From a virus (Duplodnaviria > Caudoviricetes): 51,955 bases of DNA. The stretch is from IMG/VR virus record IMGVR_UViG_3300031825_000016, positions 1-51,955 of that record; one strand, written 5' to 3'. Below, piece after piece: positions 9,146 through 17,044 of the stretch. Numbering within the stretch: position 1 is the first letter of the stretch; each line of letters begins with the position of its first letter. The translations under genes and the position numbers were made by a program. The notes below the pieces were generated by a model. That model made no database searches. It saw only the letters and a list, made by a program, of their open reading frames with translations, and was not told where the DNA came from.

Positions 9146-9502
9146 ATGGAACTCAAACACGATCTATTAACCAGTAAATACACAAAGGTTTACCATGAAC
9201 CTCCCGAAGAAATGAATTACAACGCTCCGCACTGCTTCTCTGTTTGCCGGGTTGAAGGTGACGAAAACCTTGCAGAGATCCATTTTCAAGAAGGTCCAAT
9301 AAAAGAATGTGGCGTGAATGGCGTCTGCAACGAGGACCTAATTGCAATGGTTATTACCCGCCTGGAGCATTTCCAAAAATCCCAGTTTTCCTGCCGAGAG
9401 AATGCCTTGGCAATTACCAAACTCGAAGAGGCGATGCTCTGGCTTCGCAAGCGTACCATGGGTCGTGAGAATCGCGGAGTCGAAGGAACTCATATTAAGT
9501 AA
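9146..9502 (+). CDS. tad1: Tad1/Acb2-family anti-defence sponge protein
   Basis: [47 protein letters not shown] match the Tad1 pattern as I recall it. Confidence 0.8.
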   Translation: MELKHDLLTSKYTKVYHEPPEEMNYNAPHCFSVCRVEGDENLAEIHFQEGPIKECGVNGVCNEDLIAMVITRLEHFQKSQFSCRENALAITKLEEAMLWLRKRTMGRENRGVEGTHIK

Positions 9503-9516
9503 AGGAGAGTGATACC

Positions 9517-9846
9517 ATGTTAAACCGACTCAAAAACCCCGTTTTCCTGGCTGCGGCTATAGCCTTTCTTTATCAGTTCGCCAACTTCATTGCGAACCGT
9601 TACCTTGGGGTTGTGATTGATCCCAAGACTTGGCAGGAGTTTTTCAACCTGGTATTCTACATCATCATTGGTGCAGGGATTTATTCCAGCTACCAGTCTA
9701 ATTCCCCAACCTCTGCTGTTCCACCCGTAGTTCAACCGTTGATACCGCAGACCCCTAATATTAGTCCAACTACTCCATTTATTCCAGCGCATGGGCATGG
9801 GCCAGATTCGGCAGGGAGTCCAGCATTTGCTCGGCCTGAAGGATGA
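9517..9846 (+). CDS. Holin-like two-TM protein with Pro-rich tail
   Basis: MLNRLKNPVF holin-type start, two hydrophobic segments. Confidence 0.75.
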   Translation: MLNRLKNPVFLAAAIAFLYQFANFIANRYLGVVIDPKTWQEFFNLVFYIIIGAGIYSSYQSNSPTSAVPPVVQPLIPQTPNISPTTPFIPAHGHGPDSAGSPAFARPEG

Positions 9847-9958
9847 CGGTTTATTTGGCCCGGTTACCTGGGGGACTGTCATGCGGTTCCAAGCTGAGAA
9901 TGGCCTTGCCTCTGATGGGGTTGTGGGTCCAAATACGTGGGCGAGGTTGCTAGGCTAA
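9791..9958 (+). CDS. Peptidoglycan-binding domain in +1 frame of the holin tail (55 aa, absent from ORF track)
   Basis: VQHLLGLKDDGLFGPVTWGTVMRFQAENGLASDGVVGPNTWARLLG; no evident RBS. Confidence 0.7.
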   Translation: MGMGQIRQGVQHLLGLKDDGLFGPVTWGTVMRFQAENGLASDGVVGPNTWARLLG

Positions 9959-9980
9959 ATTCCCAAGCGCTTGGGAATTT
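9957..9980. repeat. 24-bp perfect palindrome, copy 1
   Basis: AAATTCCCAAGCGCTTGGGAATTT. Confidence 0.95.
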
Positions 9981-10000
9981 GAAGGAAGGAGTGGAGATCC

Positions 10001-10592
10001 TTGAAAACCAGATTCATAAAAGCGAGTTGGCACTCAAATCCGCATACAACGATATTGGGGCGAAGGATGCCAAGGCTACAGCGGCAATCACGAAGCTGAG
10101 AACGTATTCCGTTTTCCGACTATGATTGACATGAAAGATGCCAGTGCCAAGATGGACGAGCTTTACAAAGACCCAGAGAGTTGGCCGACTCACTGTAAGT
10201 ATTGCGGGGCTCCGGTAGCGGAAGATGATGCTAGAACATCCGCGGGTACTCTCCCAATCTTCGATAACGGTTGCGACCAGCTAGAGCCGGGGGATATGTA
10301 TTTTGCCCAAATGCACGAACCAGACGAGCCATGTTACTTCGCTGGCTGGGAGAATTGTGACGGTAAGCATCTTCACGTAGTTCTGCCTAACGGCGATCGC
10401 TGGGATGTCGATAGCAGGGCAAGTAACTGCACTATGCCAGAGGATAAGACCCACCGTTGCTGGGTTAGACACGGTGAGCCGCCAAATGTCCATGTAGACA
10501 AAAACGGAAACACTTGTCAGGCCGGTGCAGGATCCATTCTGTCGGGAGATTACCACGGATTCCTACACAATGGCGAATTAACGAGCTGTTAA
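10001..10592 (+). CDS. Cys/His-rich uncharacterised protein; 5' end apparently +1 frameshifted near 10019
   Basis: RBS then TTG 10001 (MKTRFIK); +1 frame is open from 10020 (KRVGTQIRIQRYWGEGC...) into ORF 10122-10592. Confidence 0.6.
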
Positions 10593-10606
10593 AGGAGTGT
10601 TTATTT

Positions 10607-11029
10607 ATGCCACAAGACTTTTTTACTTTAGGATCCCTGGCCACGTTCGCCGGGTTGGTGCTGGCGGTGTACCTTATCGTGCTGTTTAGCAAGTCCTTCC
10701 TTAAATACCTGGTGAGTCTGGTTAGTAAGACAATCTTAGACGGGGATCTCGGGGATTTCGTGATCCAGCTCTACGCCGCTGTAGTGGCCCTGCTGATAAT
10801 GCTGCTTGTTGTGCAGGTGCAGGGCGTAGGGTTGGCTTTAATTAACGCCGTGCTGGTGGCTTTGGCTGCTACAGGGCTGCACGAGACTATTAAACGACCT
10901 ATTGTAGCAGGGCAGAAGGCAAGTCTAGTAGACAGTGCTGCTGAGATTGCTACATCTAACGCATCTACCGTACCGACCTCCACAGAGACCGCTTCGCCGC
11001 CCGCGACTCCAGCGCAGACAAATCAATAG
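10607..11029 (+). CDS. Second holin-like multi-TM protein
   Basis: AAAGGAGTG RBS; MPQDFFTLGSLATFAG start; about three TM segments. Confidence 0.65.
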   Translation: MPQDFFTLGSLATFAGLVLAVYLIVLFSKSFLKYLVSLVSKTILDGDLGDFVIQLYAAVVALLIMLLVVQVQGVGLALINAVLVALAATGLHETIKRPIVAGQKASLVDSAAEIATSNASTVPTSTETASPPATPAQTNQ

Positions 11030-11047
11030 GCAACTGTATTAACCATG

Positions 11048-11078
11048 GCCTCTCCTTCGGGGGAGGCTTTTTTCTTTT
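11048..11078 (+). terminator. Rho-independent terminator ending the late operon
   Basis: GCCTCTCC-TTCG-GGGGAGGC then T-run. Confidence 0.9.
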
Positions 11079-11126
11079 GTCAAAGAACAGGTATATGTAA
11101 AGGGGAGATGTACGACTCCCTCGGTG

Positions 11127-11197
11127 TGGGATCCCGCGACTCCCAGGCTTGTCCCAGGAGTTTCGGCCTGCTCCCATCAGGCCATCGTCAGGCGGGG
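11127..11197 (-). ncRNA. Type I hammerhead ribozyme (extra U after the CUGANGA core)
   Basis: Minus strand CCCGC CUGACGA U GGCCUG AUGGGAG CAGGCC GAAA CUCCUGGG ACAAG CCUGGGAG UC^GCGGG; loop UGGGA can pair with downstream UCCCA. Confidence 0.9.
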
Positions 11198-11201
11198 TTT
11201 A

Positions 11202-11348
11202 TTACTCGTGCCAACCTTTTTTGCTTCCTGTTCTTCTACATAATTCATTTTCGTACCATTCCAACGGATAGCCGCCACGAGGGGCACATCCATTTTTATA
11301 TGTCCATATGGCACAACGTAAATCGTCATTGGTCCAATTCTCAAACAT
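11202..11348 (-). CDS. 48-aa hypothetical protein (MFENWTNDDLRCAIW...), absent from ORF track
   Basis: Purine-rich RBS GAAAGGAACGAGAGGT; stop 4 nt before the ribozyme. Confidence 0.65.
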   Translation of the reverse strand: MFENWTNDDLRCAIWTYKNGCAPRGGYPLEWYENELCRRTGSKKGWHE

Positions 11349-11374
11349 ACCTCTCGTTCCTTTCATCCTTTACA

Positions 11375-11399
11375 CCGGGATTAGCCGCCCGGCTCGGCT
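11375..11399 (-). ncRNA. Compact intergenic H-type pseudoknot
   Basis: AGCCG-AG-CCGGG-CGGCU-AAU-CCCGG, two perfect 5-bp interleaved stems. Confidence 0.7.
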
Positions 11400-11405
11400 T
11401 TGCGC

Positions 11406-11720
11406 TTATTCCGCAGTGTATGCTTGCCACTTCTTAGTAACTCTGCACTCAAGAATGTATCTACACTTTCCTTCGGAGTCATACACGAAGTACGGATGTT
11501 CTGTTCCAACACCTTTTAGGCTTTCCTTGATACTGTTCTTGTAGCGTTTGCCTTCTTCCAGGGCCTTGATGGCAGCGTCTACGTTCCCGGTTTTACGGGC
11601 TTCTGCTACCTGTCTTCCTCGTTCTTTTGCCCAGCGTTTCACGCTGATAAAGTAATCTGGATTAAGTCCTGTTCGAATACTCCAGCCAGTGGGGACATTT
11701 TTTCTAGTTAGCTTTTTCAT
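11406..11720 (-). CDS. Basic hypothetical protein
   Basis: AAAGGGAGG RBS; 104 aa. Confidence 0.7.
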   Translation of the reverse strand: MKKLTRKNVPTGWSIRTGLNPDYFISVKRWAKERGRQVAEARKTGNVDAAIKALEEGKRYKNSIKESLKGVGTEHPYFVYDSEGKCRYILECRVTKKWQAYTAE

Positions 11721-11852
11721 GACTTCGGCCTCCCTTTAATCATCCTGTAGTTATAATATACCATGCTTTAAAATGCTTTACAATAGGTAATTTCGGGTAT
11801 TGCAAAATATTTTATAATGCCGTAAAATGTAAAGCGTAGGGAGTGTGATTTT

Positions 11853-12020
11853 ATGGCAGGAAGACCACCTAAAGAAGACAAGAAAATAAGAGAGGCAATT
11901 TACTTTGAGCCAGAGCTATTGGCATGGCTTAAGGAAAATGCCTACAGGCAGAAGTGTACTGTAAGCGTAGTTGTAAATGTGCTAGTAGAAAAGGAGAGAA
12001 ATGCGGAGAACAAAAAATAA
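11853..12020 (+). CDS. Ribbon-helix-helix (CopG/Arc-like) regulator, 55 aa, absent from ORF track
   Basis: MAGRPPKEDKKIREAIYFEPELLAWLKE...TVSVVVNVLVE; RBS; TTGCAA-17-TAAAAT upstream. Confidence 0.7.
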   Translation: MAGRPPKEDKKIREAIYFEPELLAWLKENAYRQKCTVSVVVNVLVEKERNAENKK

Positions 12021-12083
12021 AGCTGGAGTGATCTCCAGCTCTCTAAGCAACGCTGCACAGTTTTCAATGTGCGAAAAGAGTAA

Positions 12084-12115
12084 CCCCCCAACCCTAATCG
12101 GCTGGGGGCTTTTTG
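12084..12115. terminator. Terminator between convergent genes
   Basis: C-rich/G-rich stem followed by TTTTT. Confidence 0.55.
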
Positions 12116-12119
12116 CGTC

Positions 12120-12698
12120 TTAATCTACTTTTAATTCAATATCTTTGCCAGTCATCCCGCCGCGGGCCTTAAGTTTAAAGCCTTTGGCATCGGGCGGAAC
12201 ATCGAATACTACTTCACCAGATACGGACAGACCCGGGTTAATTTGCTTCAAGAACAGGCCCTCTTTATTATCGGCCATTGCAGCACTCTGCGCTTCTGTT
12301 GATGCTGTGAACTCGCGTCCCTTGTCGTCTATAAGTTTAAATAGGCTTCCGTCCATCGTGATGGCATCCTTCTGATTATTAGTGACCGTCAGCTTGACGA
12401 TTTTAAATATTCCAGAAGCCTTTGCAGTCATAAATTGATTCTTGCCGTATGTGGGCGCTGTTGAGCTGCCGGTGACTTGAAATTTAACGCTTGAAACTTC
12501 GCCTTGGTTGGAAAGTTCTTTCTTGGCTTCAGGCTGTTTGGCAGGCTCTGACTTAGTTGTGCTGGGGGCGGTTGATTCCGATGTGGTGGACTTTGATCCG
12601 CCACTGCTATTTGCAGCTACAGCGATAACTGCGATCACCACAATAACCCAAAACCACCAGCGCTTCCAGACTGACTTTTTAACTTTTTCTCCACTCAC
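12120..12698 (-). CDS. Membrane-anchored DUF4352-like protein (possible superinfection exclusion)
   Basis: KKSVWKRWWFW plus TM; FKLIDDKGREF, INPGLSVSGEVVFDVP. Confidence 0.8.
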   Translation of the reverse strand: MSGEKVKKSVWKRWWFWVIVVIAVIAVAANSSGGSKSTTSESTAPSTTKSEPAKQPEAKKELSNQGEVSSVKFQVTGSSTAPTYGKNQFMTAKASGIFKIVKLTVTNNQKDAITMDGSLFKLIDDKGREFTASTEAQSAAMADNKEGLFLKQINPGLSVSGEVVFDVPPDAKGFKLKARGGMTGKDIELKVD

Positions 12699-12928
12699 TT
12701 GTTTCTACATCTCCTTTTTCTGAATTGTTTACAGTTTTACCATTTTCGCCAGCGATTGCCAAATTCCTGCTTTTGATCCCTCCCCCGGAACGTTCAGTGT
12801 CGCTGTCGCTCCCCTCACTCCCCCTTTCCTGTGGGCCAAATTCGTATGATAGCTAGAAAATTTGATGTTCACTCGTTCGTTAGAGCGAATGGCCCGGACT
12901 TGAGTCAACGAATAAGTCAGCGAACGGG

Positions 12929-13192
12929 TTACTTCCCAATTAGGCTATCGAGCCTTTGGTTGAATTTATCTACCTTTTCCACTGCGTTTTTAACCGGGGC
13001 CGTCTTTTGGTTTATCCAGACCTGGAGGTCATTGATGCCCTGCAAAAGCACTGATGCGCCCAGCAGTATGCCGACAAGCAAGGTCATCTTGGCCAGAGCC
13101 TTTCGGCCCATAGCATAACAGATTGTCTGGCCGATGAATACAGCGGCAATAGCCACCAGGATTTTGGCCGTAAACAGAACTATTCCGTTCAT
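12929..13192 (-). CDS. Small two-TM protein of the FtsK module
   Basis: Hydrophobic, operonic. Confidence 0.7.
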   Translation of the reverse strand: MNGIVLFTAKILVAIAAVFIGQTICYAMGRKALAKMTLLVGILLGASVLLQGINDLQVWINQKTAPVKNAVEKVDKFNQRLDSLIGK

Positions 13193-13196
13193 TCTA

Positions 13197-13415
13197 TCAC
13201 CGTCCCAACGACAGGACTTTGTTCAAGATGCCAACGGCAAAGGTGATTACAAAGCTGATTCCCAATAGGTCCGTCAGAATGCCTGTGTATCGGGCCACTT
13301 TGGGGTTAAATACGCCGGCTACTTGAATTAAAATCCAACTCACCAAAGCTAGAACCGGGAACATCAGGACTATGCTGCCCTCTCCGCCGAATAGCTTGTT
13401 GAACAATCCTGACAT
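13197..13415 (-). CDS. Small two-TM protein of the FtsK module
   Basis: Hydrophobic; start overlaps upstream stop. Confidence 0.7.
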   Translation of the reverse strand: MSGLFNKLFGGEGSIVLMFPVLALVSWILIQVAGVFNPKVARYTGILTDLLGISFVITFAVGILNKVLSLGR

Positions 13416-14098
13416 TATGTCTTCGCCTCCTTGATTATTTCAGACAGTAGTTTGACCTCGAAGCGTAAATTGCTCCAGTTTTCCTCATGGATGTGGCGGA
13501 GGACCTTCTGTCGGTAGTTTTCCGTTAGGCAAGTTATTATCACCTTGGGGAACCTGCCAACATGCCTCCACCACCAGTGACCGCCAAGGGTGGTTTCCTG
13601 ACTCTCGAAGAGCTTGTTGTATTTCCTTATCTTGTCAAACTCGCCATGATCTGTTTCCCGTTCCATCTCGATGAAGTACCACCAGATTTCATTTGCCAGC
13701 TTACTTTGGATACCCACCAGGGCGTCGCATTCGAGTATGCCAAAGTCTTTGTGGCGTTCCCAAAGGTAAATCCTCTGGCCTGTGGTAAGCTGTTTCTCGA
13801 ACCATACATAGTGCCAGTTAACATCTACCAGGTGTTCCAACTGGGCGGGTTGTTTGCCGTCGTAATAGATGCTGGTGCTGTGGATACTGAACCGAACTGG
13901 GGCCTTGAGCTTCTTGCGGCCTACCAGTGACGAGAGCCTTGCCTGTGCCTTGCGGAGTCCGGTAGGGAAGGGGAAGTATAGGGTAGCTATTTGCTCAGTC
14001 GTAAGGGCCTTGTGGCGGGCAATGGCGTCAAGGATCCGTTTGTCTCTTTCAGCTCCATAGCGGACCAGGTTAAGCCCGCTTAAATTCGGGGCGTTCAA
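13415..14098 (-). CDS. Replication-relaxation (Replic_Relax) family protein
   Basis: RDKRILDAIARHKALTTEQIATLYF, EHLVDVN, CDAL, FIEMER pattern. Confidence 0.85.
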   Translation of the reverse strand: MNAPNLSGLNLVRYGAERDKRILDAIARHKALTTEQIATLYFPFPTGLRKAQARLSSLVGRKKLKAPVRFSIHSTSIYYDGKQPAQLEHLVDVNWHYVWFEKQLTTGQRIYLWERHKDFGILECDALVGIQSKLANEIWWYFIEMERETDHGEFDKIRKYNKLFESQETTLGGHWWWRHVGRFPKVIITCLTENYRQKVLRHIHEENWSNLRFEVKLLSEIIKEAKT

Positions 14099-15197
14099 TG
14101 TTAATCACTCCTTTCGATTGAGGGAGGTTTGCAACTTCCCGCCTTGCCTGTTTGATGTCGAAGAACATTGTCTTGACTATTTGGCTGGCGCCGTGCTGCC
14201 ATACCGCCAGACCTGCTACGGGGGTTCCGTCGGCCTTGGTGGGGAGGTTGCAGGCCAAATCGTTACCAAGGGCCATGTCTGAGGTGAATCGGTCGTTTAC
14301 CTTGAAGCATAGGCGCCCATTGAATAGATGGCGCATTTCGGTGAAGGATTCGCTCTTGAATAGCTTTGAGCTGCTTCGCTGGGTGGCTGCTAGGACAAAG
14401 AGTCCGGAACTGCGGCCCAAGAACAGGAGTCGGTGCAGTGCTTCGATTCCTTCCTGGTCCTGAAAGTCCGCCAGTTCATCCAGAATGACGCAGATAACCG
14501 GCATGTTCTCAGGGTGGGGATATTCCTGAATTTTGACCGCTTCATATTTCTCCAGTTCCAACTGCCGGCGGTCCATTTCCTCGTTGAGCTGCTGGAGCAA
14601 CTTCCGGGCAGTCACTTTATCCTGGGCCACAATGGCATGATTCTTAAGGTAGTCGTGTTCCCGCTTCGCTGTGTTGATGATAAAGGTCGCATAGCCTGCC
14701 TGGATACTACTCCATGCCCATTGGTGGATGATGTTTGACTTACCGCCGCCGACAGTTCCCACGCAAAGGATGTGGTAGATCCCATCGCCCAGATCAATCA
14801 CCACGGTTTTGCCTTTGGCGTTGTGACCGATAGGTAGCGGGGCGAACATCTTGCCGTGGTCTGCCGGGTTAAAGGCAAAGGGGATTTTGTCGGGGTGTTC
14901 GTAGGTACAGACGTCCATCCATATGGTTTTGCCCTTGTGTCTGAGTTCTATGGTTCCACCAGTCTGTTCTTCAAAATAATTTAACTTGCCTTCGACGTCC
15001 TTGGCACTGATCCCGGCTGGTAGAGTAAGGGCGAAGAACCAACCGTAGTCTGTTTTCCTCTTTTCGATGATTAGCGGGGTCTGATTGTATTTGGTTTCGA
15101 AGTTTAATGCTTCAAAGGTGTTTAGAAGCCTACCCTGGACTGTGAAGTTGTTCAGCTTGTGGCGGAGTATGTCACCAAACGTGGGACCCTTACCCAC
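14070..15197 (-). CDS. FtsK/SpoIIIE-family ATPase lacking N-terminal TM domain
   Basis: HILCVGTVGGGKS, ELNEEMDRR-like helix, VILDELAD, GRSSG, AATQR. Confidence 0.9.
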   Translation of the reverse strand: MGKGPTFGDILRHKLNNFTVQGRLLNTFEALNFETKYNQTPLIIEKRKTDYGWFFALTLPAGISAKDVEGKLNYFEEQTGGTIELRHKGKTIWMDVCTYEHPDKIPFAFNPADHGKMFAPLPIGHNAKGKTVVIDLGDGIYHILCVGTVGGGKSNIIHQWAWSSIQAGYATFIINTAKREHDYLKNHAIVAQDKVTARKLLQQLNEEMDRRQLELEKYEAVKIQEYPHPENMPVICVILDELADFQDQEGIEALHRLLFLGRSSGLFVLAATQRSSSKLFKSESFTEMRHLFNGRLCFKVNDRFTSDMALGNDLACNLPTKADGTPVAGLAVWQHGASQIVKTMFFDIKQARREVANLPQSKGVINIERPEFKRA

Positions 15198-15252
15198 TGA
15201 TTGTCACCTCTCCTTCGTTCACTCGTGTGGGAGATTTTGATTGTTGTAATTC

Positions 15253-15272
15253 TTATGTCCCGTAGGCCATAA
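15253..15272. promoter_or_regulatory. Putative HTH operator upstream of the FtsK operon
   Basis: TTATGTCCCGTAGGCCATAA, related to 15819-15834. Confidence 0.5.
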
Positions 15273-15313
15273 TATGCATAGTCCCCATATTTTTACTCAA
15301 AATAAAAGCCCAT

Positions 15314-15502
15314 CTATTTGATGGGCCAGATATAATCAGTTGGATATCCGGTGGCTTTGGATATTTTCTGTGCGGTTTCAAGGTAAACCTTAACCTGTTC
15401 GTTAATGATCCGACTTATATCACCTTGGCTTATGCCTGTCATTCGGGCTAAGTCTTTTTGCTTCCAACCGTTCTTATCCATTATTTCCTGTAAACGATTC
15501 AT
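15314..15502 (-). CDS. XRE-family HTH regulator
   Basis: QKDLARMTGISQGDISRI. Confidence 0.85.
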   Translation of the reverse strand: MNRLQEIMDKNGWKQKDLARMTGISQGDISRIINEQVKVYLETAQKISKATGYPTDYIWPIK

Positions 15503-15547
15503 TCACATCACCAGGAAATATATTCCACAAACAACGGTGCAAATCCT

Positions 15548-15763
15548 CTAATTCTTAAAGTAATCCGGAAAGACATATTCTACCGGCTTTTTGAATGCCT
15601 TAGCTATTCTTGCGGCGGTTCTTAACTGTAGGTTGCCTGTGCCTGTGCGTTCATTTGCAATACGGTTTATCTGAGGTTGAGAGACTTGAGAGCGAAAGGA
15701 AAGCTCTTCTTGTGTCCAGTTGTATTGTTCGAGTAGTTCTTTAATACGATTCACCGAAACCAC
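15548..15763 (-). CDS. XRE-family HTH regulator
   Basis: TQEELSFRSQVSQPQINRIAN. Confidence 0.85.
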   Translation of the reverse strand: MVSVNRIKELLEQYNWTQEELSFRSQVSQPQINRIANERTGTGNLQLRTAARIAKAFKKPVEYVFPDYFKN

Positions 15764-15818
15764 CTATAATTAACGAATTAATAATAGCTTAATCATGGCA
15801 TTTTTTTACTTTCTTTCA

Positions 15819-15834
15819 ATGCCCGTACAGGCAT
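15819..15834. promoter_or_regulatory. Putative HTH operator between divergent HTH genes
   Basis: ATGCC-CGTACA-GGCAT. Confidence 0.55.
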
Positions 15835-15932
15835 AATTTGTCGCAGAAAGACACCTTAACTGTAGACTTTTTTCACCTTACTTCGACAAAGGTTTGCGAG
15901 TATCCTGAATATAGACATCTTGGAGCAACATA

Positions 15933-16130
15933 ATGATAACGGGCAAGAACATAATAAAATTGCGCCAGGCCAAAAACCTGACGCAAAAAGAATTAGCAGA
16001 AAGGGCCGATATAAGTTTAAGGTATCTTAAGAAAATTGAGGGTGGTCAATGTCCACGCCTGAAAACGTTAGTCAAGATTGCAAACGCACTTGAAGCTAAA
16101 ATTAACGACTTACTTGATGATGGAAAATAA
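15933..16130 (+). CDS. XRE-family HTH regulator
   Basis: LTQKELAERADISLRYLKKIEGG. Confidence 0.85.
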   Translation: MITGKNIIKLRQAKNLTQKELAERADISLRYLKKIEGGQCPRLKTLVKIANALEAKINDLLDDGK

Positions 16131-16161
16131 TTAGGCACTTCGACAAATTTCCCCTTACTTA

Positions 16162-16199
16162 TACAAACTTATGTTCTATAATACGAACATAAGTTTGTA
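16162..16199 (+). promoter_or_regulatory. Two Gram-positive LexA (SOS) boxes bracketing a TATAAT -10
   Basis: CAAACTTATGTTCT 16164-16177, TATAAT 16177-16182, CGAACATAAGTTTG 16184-16197; 15-bp perfect inverted arms. Confidence 0.8.
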
Positions 16200-16212
16200 A
16201 GGAGTGATTTTT

Positions 16213-16371
16213 GTGGGAAGGATCAGATTGCGAATTAAAATCGAGAAGAAGCGTAAGAGGATGCAAGACCTAAGCAATGCACTCGGCCTGACAGATCCGT
16301 CAGTGGTAAAGGTCAGCCAGCAGTTGGACGAGCTGCTGAATAATTATCGGCAACTAGGAAGGGTGGTGTAG
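16213..16371 (+). CDS. Spo0E-family aspartyl-phosphate phosphatase-like protein, 52 aa, absent from ORF track
   Basis: IEKKRKRM...GLTDPSVVKVSQQLDELLNNY with SQxLD motif; AAGGAGTG RBS. Confidence 0.85.
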   Translation: MGRIRLRIKIEKKRKRMQDLSNALGLTDPSVVKVSQQLDELLNNYRQLGRVV

Positions 16372-16375
16372 CACG

Positions 16376-16606
16376 GTGGAAGAGGAAAGCAGGGTAACTG
16401 AACTAAAGGTGAGCCGGGACGATGGCGTGACATGGCAAAGGCGAAAGGTTAATATGGAGGATCTCAGCGAATCAGGCCTGCACCCGGGTGAAATGTTTCA
16501 GTACCAGGGTGAACGGTACTTGGTTGGTATGAGGGATGGTGAATTGGGGGTGGAGAAGGTGGAGAGGCCGGGAGTTAAAAAGAAGCCGGCAAGTAGGCGT
16601 AAATAA
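16376..16606 (+). CDS. Hypothetical protein cotranscribed with the Spo0E-like gene
   Basis: Starts 4 nt after the upstream stop. Confidence 0.6.
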   Translation: MEEESRVTELKVSRDDGVTWQRRKVNMEDLSESGLHPGEMFQYQGERYLVGMRDGELGVEKVERPGVKKKPASRRK

Positions 16607-16765
16607 AGAAGGAAGTCCGCTCCCCAGCAAGAGACTCGGACTTCCCCGACACAAAACAACTCCGAAGAGCAGCTTTGTAATTCAATTATTCCAGATATTT
16701 GTTATTACGACAAGGGGTAAAATTTTCTTGAGATACAAAAGTAGAATAAGGAGATGTGGTTTGTA

Positions 16766-17044
16766 ATGACAGTTACTGAAGACATGCAACACGAACGGAT
16801 TTTTATGCTAACCAATGATAGCGTCACTACTATTCCTGAATACGGGCAAATGGAATCTAAGCTTCGAAGGCTTGGGCGGTTAATAATGGATGCTCTTGGC
16901 CCAGAACGATTGTTGTTTATTGAGTATGAACGGTTAATGTACTTAATGGAGGGATTGAATATAGAAAGCGCTTATGGAGCGGGTCTCACAGATGTACATG
17001 CCAACCAAAATGCCGACCAAATGATTTGCACCGCTTTAAAGTAA
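16766..17044 (+). CDS. Hypothetical protein
   Basis: AAGGAG RBS before ATG 16766; 3' end overlaps att arm sites. Confidence 0.55.
   Translation: MTVTEDMQHERIFMLTNDSVTTIPEYGQMESKLRRLGRLIMDALGPERLLFIEYERLMYLMEGLNIESAYGAGLTDVHANQNADQMICTALK

Noticed and set aside
11045-11437. 130-aa plus-strand ORF
   Set aside because: Starts in a terminator and is antisense to the ribozyme and 48-aa gene
15250-15295. Sporulation sigma (E/G/K) promoter for the FtsK operon
   Set aside because: CATA motifs are present on the minus strand but spacing fits no consensus cleanly and they overlap the palindromic operator
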